A DNA stretch of 7,265 nucleotides from Candidatus Auribacterota bacterium (GTDB lineage: Bacteria > Auribacterota > UBA6266): contig JAGLRQ010000157.1 of the NCBI GenBank assembly GCA_023136205.1, positions 1-7,265 of the forward strand, written 5' to 3'. The stretch's first letter is position 1, and each line of letters begins with the position of its first letter. Position numbers and translations under genes: made by a program. Under the pieces are notes generated by a model that saw nothing but the letters and a program-made list of their open reading frames with translations, searched no databases and was not told the origin of the DNA. Positions 1 to 5,793 of the stretch are shown piece by piece.

Positions 1-297
1 AACAACTGAATCCACATTCACTATTTCATAATTTTTATTTTTAAGAAGTTTTTCTGTCTTTTTAAGCAGTTCCAGGCTACAGATATCTTTATATTTTTCG
101 TCCGTGTTCGGGAAATGCTTACCGATATCACCTTCCCCTGCCGCGCCCAGCAAAGCATCACATACAGCATGACTCAGAACATCAGCGTCTGAATAGCCCA
201 TAAGACCCATCTCATAGGGTATTTCTACACCTCCTACGATAAGTTTCCTATCCCTGGAAAACGCGTGAACATCATAACCTAGTCCAACTTTTATCAT
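1..297 (-). CDS. ispF: 2-C-methyl-D-erythritol 2,4-cyclodiphosphate synthase (IspF), N-terminal 99 codons; the gene continues past the left window edge
   Basis: Not in the ORF track because it is truncated. My hand translation from the ATG at 295-297 gives [80 protein letters not shown]... This aligns along its length with E. coli and B. subtilis IspF as I recall them (G-x-G-x-DVH, IGG-V-x-IPY, SDxDV, H-A-x-x-DALLGA, GDIGKxFP-x-TD). The frame is open to position 1. It lies directly downstream of ispD, which is the usual synteny. Confidence 0.9.
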   Translation of the reverse strand, partial: MIKVGLGYDVHAFSRDRKLIVGGVEIPYEMGLMGYSDADVLSHAVCDALLGAAGEGDIGKHFPNTDEKYKDICSLELLKKTEKLLKNKNYEIVNVDSVV

Positions 298-305
298 AAT
301 AATTA

Positions 306-310
306 TCCCC
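306..310 (-). promoter_or_regulatory. Shine-Dalgarno-like GGGGA, 8 nt upstream of the ispF ATG
   Basis: Plus-strand tcccc at 306-310 reads GGGGA on the minus strand. The spacer is 298-305. Confidence 0.5.
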
Positions 311-336
311 GCAAAAACGTGTCTGGAATTTTCCCC

Positions 337-1023
337 TTAATCCAACCCCATACATACTTTCAACCATTCGAGATCTTCCGGAAACGTTACCTTTTGATTC
401 CTGTAATCACCTTCCACAATTTTGACTCTGCCGCCCACCATTTCAACGGCAGCAGAATCATCTGTAATTGATATATTTTCTTCCATTGCATATTTATACG
501 CTTTTTTGAGTATTTCATATCTAAATGCCTGAGGGGTCTGAACTTCAACAAGATTCTCACGAACTAAAGTTTTTATCACATATCCATCTTTATCCGTTTC
601 TTTAACCGTAGGAATAATTTTCAGCGCCGGCACAACACCGTCATACTGTCGCGCACCCTCTATTACTTTTTCTACTAAAGGCCTCCCTATAAGCGGACGA
701 ACGCCATCATGGATTAAAACCAACTCCATATTTTCAGAAACCGAATTCAAAGCAATGAACACCGAATCCTGCCGACGTTCCCCCCCGCCAACAACAATTT
801 TAATTTTTTTTAAACTGTATTTTTTTACAATTTCTTCTTTACACAGCTCCACTTTATCAAATGGAACAACCAGGATAATTTCATTTATCAAGTTTGACCT
901 TTCAAAAGGCAGGATTGCATAAAGCATCATGGGTTTTCCGCCAACGCGAAAAAACTGCTTTCCCCCCGGGATTTTCATCCTTTTGCCCAAACCCCCGCCC
1001 GCGATAATGGCCGCCGTCATCAT
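337..1023 (-). CDS. ispD: 2-C-methyl-D-erythritol 4-phosphate cytidylyltransferase (IspD)
   Basis: The N-terminal glycine-rich loop AIIAGGGLGKRM and GGKQF match the IspD P-loop-like motif (A-A-G-x-G-x-R-M / K-Q-(F/Y)). Later motifs are VLIHDGVRP, VVPALKIIPTVKE, VQTPQAFRY, ITDDSAAVE and a C-terminal NQKVTFPEDL. The track ORF begins at a GTG at 1041. I prefer the ATG at 1021-1023 because it forms an ATGA overlap with the upstream TGA stop (1020-1022) and has a GGGAGA about 10 nt upstream. Confidence 0.93.
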   Translation of the reverse strand: MMTAAIIAGGGLGKRMKIPGGKQFFRVGGKPMMLYAILPFERSNLINEIILVVPFDKVELCKEEIVKKYSLKKIKIVVGGGERRQDSVFIALNSVSENMELVLIHDGVRPLIGRPLVEKVIEGARQYDGVVPALKIIPTVKETDKDGYVIKTLVRENLVEVQTPQAFRYEILKKAYKYAMEENISITDDSAAVEMVGGRVKIVEGDYRNQKVTFPEDLEWLKVCMGLD

Positions 1024-2048
1024 AATTTGGCATTCTCCCACTTCTGATGATGCCTTTTGCTTTGCTTTATGTCGGCAAATATCATTTTCCCGGCCGAGGT
1101 TTGCAGTACACTTACAACTTCAACATCTACCTTCTTACCAACATGACGCCTGCCTTCAGACACGACAATCATGGTTCCGTCATCAAGATATCCGACACCC
1201 TGGTTCTTTTCTTTACCCGCCCTGACAATAGTAATCTTCATTTTCTCAGCCGGCAAAACAACTGCTTTAACAACATTTGCCAGGTCATTAATATTGAGCA
1301 CTTTCACTTTTTCAATCTCCGCTACCTTGTTCAGGTTATAATCATTTGTAAGTATTTTTGCGCCCATTATCTTTGCCAGGCGTATAAGCTTATGGTCAAC
1401 TTCCGTAATATCCGGGAAATCAGAATCATCAATTTTTATCTTTGCTTTAGAGCTTTCCTGTATTTTTTTAAGTATTTCCAATCCACGGCGCCCTCTCTGC
1501 CTCCTCAAATCATCGGAAGAATCGGCTATAGAATGAAGTTCTTTTAAAACAAAACGGGGAATAACAAGTACTTCATCTATAAAATCGGTTTGTAATATAT
1601 CAGCAATCCTACCGTCAATAATAACGCTGGTGTCCACAATTACAAACCCCCGGGATTCAGACTGTTTGCTGAATCTCACATATGGAATTATAAGGTGGAT
1701 TTCATCCCTTCCCGTATAAACATACATTACCCCGATGTAACAAAAAATCATGGTAATTATTAATTTCTGGTATCCCGATAGCGGAGTAAATCCAAAATCA
1801 GGATTGAACAAAATTTTTATTACAAGGTTTGACACAACAGCGCCAAGAATAAAACCTATCATAGCGGCAGCAATTCCCCTGAAAGAAAACCTTTTCAATC
1901 CAAGTTCAATCGCGATAATAACAACTCCGACTACGAAACCCGCCGCAGCCCCTATAACCGGGCCCACCTTTAAAACTGTCGGAATAAAATCCCACCCGAC
2001 AACAGCTGAAAACATACAAAAACAAATTCTAACAATCCACAGTGTCAT
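1020..2048 (-). CDS. yacL: YacL-family integral-membrane PIN-domain plus TRAM-domain protein
   Basis: Residues 1-110 form about four hydrophobic helices. Next is a PIN domain carrying the four acidic positions (VIVDTSVIIDG, VLKEL, TEVDHKL, LTNDYNLNK). A TRAM-like C-terminus follows (NQGVGYLDDGTMIVVSEGRRHVGKKVDVEVVSVLQTSAGKMIFA). Long stretches match B. subtilis YacL as I recall it (DTSVIIDGRIADI, IADSSD-x-L-x-R-x-RGRRGL, VLNINDLANxVK). The yacL-ispD-ispF order is the classic Bacillus arrangement. Confidence 0.9.
   Translation of the reverse strand: MTLWIVRICFCMFSAVVGWDFIPTVLKVGPVIGAAAGFVVGVVIIAIELGLKRFSFRGIAAAMIGFILGAVVSNLVIKILFNPDFGFTPLSGYQKLIITMIFCYIGVMYVYTGRDEIHLIIPYVRFSKQSESRGFVIVDTSVIIDGRIADILQTDFIDEVLVIPRFVLKELHSIADSSDDLRRQRGRRGLEILKKIQESSKAKIKIDDSDFPDITEVDHKLIRLAKIMGAKILTNDYNLNKVAEIEKVKVLNINDLANVVKAVVLPAEKMKITIVRAGKEKNQGVGYLDDGTMIVVSEGRRHVGKKVDVEVVSVLQTSAGKMIFADIKQSKRHHQKWENAKL
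1034..1039 (-). promoter_or_regulatory. Shine-Dalgarno-like GGGAGA upstream of the preferred ispD ATG (1023)
   Basis: Plus-strand tctccc at 1034-1039 reads GGGAGA on the minus strand, with a 10-nt spacer. It lies inside the 3' end of the upstream PIN/TRAM gene. Confidence 0.5.
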
Positions 2049-2051
2049 AAC

Positions 2052-3251
2052 TTAATCCTTTGTTATACGTGTTATTTTTTCCAGAATTTTGAGATCCTCA
2101 ATTGAATTTCTCGCATCGCTGTTCGCGGGATTTATCTCCAGAGCCTTTTTATACTCCTCTATAGCTTTAGTATATTTTTCCTGGGCTCTGTATAATGTCC
2201 CCAGTAAATGATGAACCTCTTCGGAATCAGGGTTTTTATCTATAACCCTCTCATAAGCTTCAGCGGCTTTATCGTATGCTTTTTGCTGAAAATATATCCT
2301 CCCGAGAAGTATACTCGCGGGAGTATAATCCGGGTCTAAAGCAACAATTTCAATGCACTGTAAAATCGCATTGTTATAATCGCTGATATTCAAATAAAAC
2401 ATTGCCAGATTATACCTGGCTTCAACATTGTTCGGGATTATTTCAACAGCTCGTTTTAGAATACTTATCCCCTTTTCTATCTTGCCCATCTTCCTGTAAA
2501 TTTCCCCCAGTGCCACATACGCGTCAAGAGCTGCCGGCTCCATGGCAACCACCTTCTGATATTCTTCCAGAGCATTGCCGTAGTCCTGCTGTATTTCATA
2601 AAGATTGGCAAGATTGTAATGCGGCCCTACAACATCCGGCATTTCTTCAACAGCTTTTTTAAACTTTTCAATAGCCTGTTCATACTTCTTCTGTTTCGCG
2701 AATCGATTCGCCTCTTCAAAATATTTAACAGCCACAGTTTTGCGCTTTTTCTTCTCTGCACGCTCTTTTTCTTCGTTTACAATAAGGTCCTTAAGGTCCC
2801 CGCTTATATATTTTCCGTGATACAGGACAAGGTTTTTGCTTTTTATCCTCTCTTTTATCTGGGCAATGATAGACCTGCCTTTGATCATAAGCTTTTCAAC
2901 ATCTTCTACTATTCCAGCGGTACTTAAAGGGTAAACTTTTTTAAACGTCTGAAGCTTATCGTTGGCAATCCTGCAAATTTCCAGTGCTTCCTCAGGCCTT
3001 GTCTCCCTCTGGGCATCCGAAAGCAGATTTTCAATTTCAATAAGTTCACTCGATTCAATTGACAACACCCTGTTAATTTGAATTGCCACAATCCCTGTTT
3101 TTACTTTTATTTCGAGCTTTTCATCATCAGCATATGTAACTTCGCCCTGAAATTTTCCACCGCCCTTAAGCTTTACAACATCAGCAAAAACATTAAAACT
3201 ATAAACCACCAGAAAAAAAAGGAAATAAAAATAACATTTATTGCTGAACAT
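2052..3251 (-). CDS. Secreted (signal-peptide) tetratricopeptide-repeat protein with a small N-terminal beta-rich domain; function unknown
   Basis: The hydrophobic N-terminus MFSNKCYFYFLFFLVVYSFNVFA|DVV looks like a Sec signal with a VFA-D cleavage site and no lipobox. Residues 24-66 (VKLKGGGKFQGEVTYADDEKLEIKVKTGIVAIQINRVLSIE) look all-beta. Residues 174-377 form six back-to-back 34-residue TPR units. A strong GGAGG ribosome-binding site precedes the ATG. Confidence 0.85.
   Translation of the reverse strand: MFSNKCYFYFLFFLVVYSFNVFADVVKLKGGGKFQGEVTYADDEKLEIKVKTGIVAIQINRVLSIESSELIEIENLLSDAQRETRPEEALEICRIANDKLQTFKKVYPLSTAGIVEDVEKLMIKGRSIIAQIKERIKSKNLVLYHGKYISGDLKDLIVNEEKERAEKKKRKTVAVKYFEEANRFAKQKKYEQAIEKFKKAVEEMPDVVGPHYNLANLYEIQQDYGNALEEYQKVVAMEPAALDAYVALGEIYRKMGKIEKGISILKRAVEIIPNNVEARYNLAMFYLNISDYNNAILQCIEIVALDPDYTPASILLGRIYFQQKAYDKAAEAYERVIDKNPDSEEVHHLLGTLYRAQEKYTKAIEEYKKALEINPANSDARNSIEDLKILEKITRITKD
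2056..2060 (-). promoter_or_regulatory. Shine-Dalgarno-like AAGGA, 7 nt upstream of the yacL ATG, embedded in the last codons of the TPR gene
   Basis: The minus strand reads ACAAAGGATTAAGTTATG. The TPR gene stop TAA (2052-2054) is 3 nt from the yacL ATG (2046-2048). Confidence 0.5.
2121..2732 (-). repeat. Six contiguous 34-codon TPR units (protein-level tandem repeat, residues 174-377 of the TPR protein)
   Basis: The units start at A174, V208, L242, V276, T310 and E344. Each ends in the typical x-P-(D/N/A)-x turn (EEMPDV, MEPAA, IIPNN, LDPDY, KNPDS, INPAN) and has the A/G/Y small-and-aromatic TPR pattern. The repeat is diverged at nucleotide level, so it is not a DNA repeat. Confidence 0.8.
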
Positions 3252-3257
3252 TCACAA

Positions 3258-3262
3258 CCTCC
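3258..3262 (-). promoter_or_regulatory. Shine-Dalgarno GGAGG, 6 nt upstream of the TPR-protein ATG
   Basis: Plus-strand cctcc at 3258-3262. The minus strand reads GGATGGAGGTTGTGAATG. Confidence 0.65.
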
Positions 3263-3283
3263 ATCCTTACTCATTTATAACTG

Positions 3284-4195
3284 TTAACGTATAAAACCTC
3301 TATTGATTCCCATATCTTTATCTTCATCACCAGAATCATAGCCCTTTATATGTTTCGACCTTGAAGTGTTCTGCCCTTTGCCCTTATAAAAAATGCCATA
3401 CTTCCTAAGATCCTTGATAAGAGCAGTAAGTTCATTGTAAAGTTCCGGGTCAACCACCAATTTTCCCGCAGTTCCCCGGCCCTCTTTCACTGAAACAAGA
3501 ATACTGTCAAGATTATCAAGTGTTTCTTTGAATTTTGCGGAACCATCACTGAGCCGCGATATTAACGTTGTAACATCCTCCGCATTATTAGCCACAAGAT
3601 TGTCCAGTCTGTTAATAAATACCTTCATATCCGCGGTAAGATTTTTGGTATTGGAAATTGTCTCCGATATATTGTCCACATTCTGGTCCGAAAGAACTTT
3701 TTCTATAGCTTTGGCAGCACCGCGAAGCGACTTAAATATTTCCTGGCCCTCCTTTGCAAGGTCATCCAGAACAACCGGATTAATGCCCTTAATTTTGTCT
3801 CCCGGTTTTAAAATTTTAGCTGCAGGATCAATTTTCTCCGCGGGCGTAAACTCTATATGCTTTTCTCCAAGTATCCCGTAAGACTGGATTGAAACACGCG
3901 CATCATCTCTTAAAATTACTCCATCAGCAATATCCATAACAACTTCAACATGTGAAACCTCGTCATTCGCAAGGCCCTCAGTTACAAGAATAAGGTCTAC
4001 CACCTTTCCTACCTCAACACCGGCGCAACGGACAGGGCCTCCTTTTACGACACCACCGGTGTAATCAAAAAGGCCTATAATCTTATAGGTTTCTTTAAAT
4101 TCTCTGTTACCAAGCTTCAAAATCATAAAACCCAATACCAATAAACCTATTGCAACAAAAACGCCTACTTTAAATTCCAAATTTTTATTCTGCAT
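3284..4195 (-). CDS. mlaD: MlaD-like MCE-domain substrate-binding protein with a long C-terminal helical extension
   Basis: It has an N-terminal membrane anchor (EFKVGVFVAIGLLVLGFMILKLG) and an MCE fold region (YKIIGLFDYTGGVVKGGPVRCAGVEVGKVVDL ... RDDARVSIQSYGILGEKHIEF). The tail is about 160 residues and helical or charged, and it contains the G-x-GT-x-GKL-x-x-D-x-x-LY motif common in MCE proteins. It sits immediately after mlaE and mlaF. The track ORF starts at the ATG at 4216. I prefer the ATG at 4193-4195 (MQNKNLEF...), which has a GGAG 8 nt upstream, whereas the 4216 ATG has none. Confidence 0.88.
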   Translation of the reverse strand: MQNKNLEFKVGVFVAIGLLVLGFMILKLGNREFKETYKIIGLFDYTGGVVKGGPVRCAGVEVGKVVDLILVTEGLANDEVSHVEVVMDIADGVILRDDARVSIQSYGILGEKHIEFTPAEKIDPAAKILKPGDKIKGINPVVLDDLAKEGQEIFKSLRGAAKAIEKVLSDQNVDNISETISNTKNLTADMKVFINRLDNLVANNAEDVTTLISRLSDGSAKFKETLDNLDSILVSVKEGRGTAGKLVVDPELYNELTALIKDLRKYGIFYKGKGQNTSRSKHIKGYDSGDEDKDMGINRGFIR

Positions 4196-4203
4196 CCTTT
4201 TAT

Positions 4204-4207
4204 CTCC
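4204..4207 (-). promoter_or_regulatory. Shine-Dalgarno GGAG, 8 nt upstream of the preferred mlaD ATG (4195)
   Basis: The minus strand reads TATGGAGATAAAAGGATGCAG. Confidence 0.55.
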
Positions 4208-4222
4208 ATAGTTCATTAGAAA

Positions 4223-4975
4223 TTACAAATTCTTTTCAGTTATAGGGCCTTTTGAATTGCCGGCAATAAATTGTCTTACAATCGGGTTAGAAGTGTTTTG
4301 TATTTCTTCAGGAGTTCCGCTTTCAATAATTTTACCATCATAAAGCATAGCAATCCTGTCCGCTATTTTATAAGCGCTTTTCATATCATGCGTCACGGCG
4401 AAAGAGGTTACATGAAGTTCTTTTTTAATTTTTACAATCAATTCATTAATTACATCCGAGGTTATCGGGTCTAACCCGGTAGTGGGTTCATCGTAAAGGA
4501 TTATTGCCGGATCCATGGCGAATGCCCTTGCAAGCCCCACTCTTTTTCTCATTCCTCCACTGAGTTCAGCAGGTTTCTTCCCTTCGACAGCATAAAGGCC
4601 TACAAGAGATAATTTTTTACTTGTTATCCGATCAATCTCTTCCTCGGATAAATCCATGTGTTCCCTGAGGCCAAACGCGACGTTTTCCTTAACGCTCAAT
4701 GAATCAAAAAGAGCAGCTGCCTGAAACAGCATCCCGAATTTTTTCCTGTGTTCAACAAGTTCATTCTCTTTCATCTGAGAAATATTAACACCATTAAAGA
4801 GCAGCTTTCCCGAATCCGGGGTTAATATACCAATAAGGTGCTTAAGAAGAACGCTTTTCCCGCATCCGCTGCGCCCAATGATAACTATTGTTTCTCCGCG
4901 CTTGACGCTAAGATTAACACCCTTTAAAACTTCTAACTCTCCAAAATTTTTATGTACATCAATAATCTCGATCAT
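4223..4975 (-). CDS. mlaF: MlaF-like ABC transporter ATP-binding protein
   Basis: It has Walker A GRSGCGKS, a Q-loop LFQAAALF, the ABC signature LSGGMRKR, Walker B ILYDEPTTGLD, an H-loop VTHD and the MlaF-typical C-terminus P-x-V-x-QF-x-x-G. It lies between an MlaE-type permease gene and an MCE gene. Confidence 0.93.
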   Translation of the reverse strand: MIEIIDVHKNFGELEVLKGVNLSVKRGETIVIIGRSGCGKSVLLKHLIGILTPDSGKLLFNGVNISQMKENELVEHRKKFGMLFQAAALFDSLSVKENVAFGLREHMDLSEEEIDRITSKKLSLVGLYAVEGKKPAELSGGMRKRVGLARAFAMDPAIILYDEPTTGLDPITSDVINELIVKIKKELHVTSFAVTHDMKSAYKIADRIAMLYDGKIIESGTPEEIQNTSNPIVRQFIAGNSKGPITEKNL

Positions 4976-4998
4976 AATTTACAGGTTTTTCCGTCAAT

Positions 4999-5778
4999 TT
5001 AAAACAGTATTATCGAAAGGAAAAAATCCGATATTAATATTGAAATACACGCAACGACAACAGCTTGTGTCGTTACCTTTCCTACTCCTTCTGCTCCGCC
5101 GGATGCCGAAAATCCTTTATAACAGCCTGTTATGGCAACTATTATCGCAAAGAAAAAAGCTTTTATTATCCCATTCGCAAGGTCAAAGTTGTCAGTATAA
5201 TCAAGCATATTTTTTATAAAAAAGGTAGCATTTATACCCATTAATTTCACACCGATGATATAGCCCCCGACAATGCCTATAAAAATGGAATAAACAGTGA
5301 GTATGGGAACAAGCAGCACGCATGCGATAAACCTTGGAACAACAAGATACTTTATAGGGCTTGTAGCAAGAGTTTCTAAAGCATCAATCTGCTCGGTAAC
5401 TTTCATCGTACCCAGTTCAGCGGCCATTGAAGCGCCAACCCTTCCTGCTACCATAAGACCGGTCAAAACAGGGCCCAGTTCATTAGTCATTGAAAGCCCT
5501 ACAAGGATCCCTATCGAAGTCTCCATTGATAATTGATAAAGCTGATAATATGACTGGACAGCAAGAACCATCCCTGTAAACATACCGGTTAAAAGCACTA
5601 CAGGAAGCGACATTACCCCGATTTCTTTCATCTGGGTAATGATAATATCCCTTCTCGGCGGAGAAGTAAACATACACCAAATAGTATCAACCAGCATAAG
5701 AGTAGCTTCCCCAAGCTGTTTTAAAAGCTTAACTATTTTTGACCCAATAATTATGAAAACATCTGCTTTTATTTTCAT
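4999..5778 (-). CDS. mlaE: MlaE-like ABC transporter permease
   Basis: This is a 259-aa polytopic membrane protein with MlaE-family hallmarks: IGVMSLPVVLLTGMFTGMVLAVQSY, the ELGPVLTGLMVAGRVGASMAAELGTMKVTEQIDALE block (the EQ-x-DAL motif), and PRF-x-A-x-x-L-x-P-x-L. Confidence 0.92.
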   Translation of the reverse strand: MKIKADVFIIIGSKIVKLLKQLGEATLMLVDTIWCMFTSPPRRDIIITQMKEIGVMSLPVVLLTGMFTGMVLAVQSYYQLYQLSMETSIGILVGLSMTNELGPVLTGLMVAGRVGASMAAELGTMKVTEQIDALETLATSPIKYLVVPRFIACVLLVPILTVYSIFIGIVGGYIIGVKLMGINATFFIKNMLDYTDNFDLANGIIKAFFFAIIVAITGCYKGFSASGGAEGVGKVTTQAVVVACISILISDFFLSIILF

Positions 5779-5787
5779 TCAGCTATA

Positions 5788-5792
5788 CCTCT
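5788..5792 (-). promoter_or_regulatory. Shine-Dalgarno-like AGAGG, 9 nt upstream of the mlaE ATG
   Basis: The minus strand reads TAGCAGAGGTATAGCTGAATG. The upstream gene's stop TAG (5794-5796) is 15 nt from the mlaE start. Confidence 0.5.
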
Positions 5793-5793
5793 G

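Noticed and set aside
298-336. The longest intergenic gap (ispD-ispF, 39 nt) as a terminator, attenuator or promoter.
   Set aside because: It has no GC-rich inverted repeat followed by a T-run and no convincing -35/-10 pair. It contains only a GGGGA ribosome-binding site for ispF.
1024-1041. A GTG start at 1041 for ispD (MGECQI extension).
   Set aside because: The extension has no counterpart in IspD proteins. The GGGAGA inside it works better as the ribosome-binding site for the ATG at 1023, which also forms the ATGA overlap with the upstream stop. The ATG at 1020 remains a possible alternative start.
1020-2048. The PIN domain as a VapC-like toxin of a toxin-antitoxin or defence module.
   Set aside because: The PIN domain is fused to four N-terminal TM helices and a C-terminal TRAM domain and matches housekeeping YacL along its length. 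No small antitoxin ORF precedes it, since the upstream gene is the 399-aa TPR protein. The context is the conserved yacL-ispDF synteny.
3213-3220. Homopolymer tracts as possible phase-variation switches: A8 at 3213-3220 in the TPR signal peptide, T8 at 804-811, A8 at 6619-6626 and T7 at 6895-6901.
   Set aside because: Runs of 7-8 A or T are expected at this base composition. They encode ordinary Phe and Lys runs, are no longer than background, and show no associated frame disruption.
4196-4216. An ATG at 4216 as the mlaD start (MNYGDKR extension).
   Set aside because: There is no ribosome-binding site upstream of it, as only 6 nt separate it from the mlaF stop. The internal ATG at 4195 has a GGAG at 8-nt spacing and gives a typical MlaD N-terminus. 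This is not certain, and coupled re-initiation at 4216 cannot be excluded.
5483-5680. A 65-aa minus-strand ORF in an alternative frame inside mlaE.
   Set aside because: It is fully nested in the conserved core of mlaE, has no ribosome-binding site and gives a Cys/Arg/Tyr-rich nonsense-like product. It is most likely an out-of-frame artefact.
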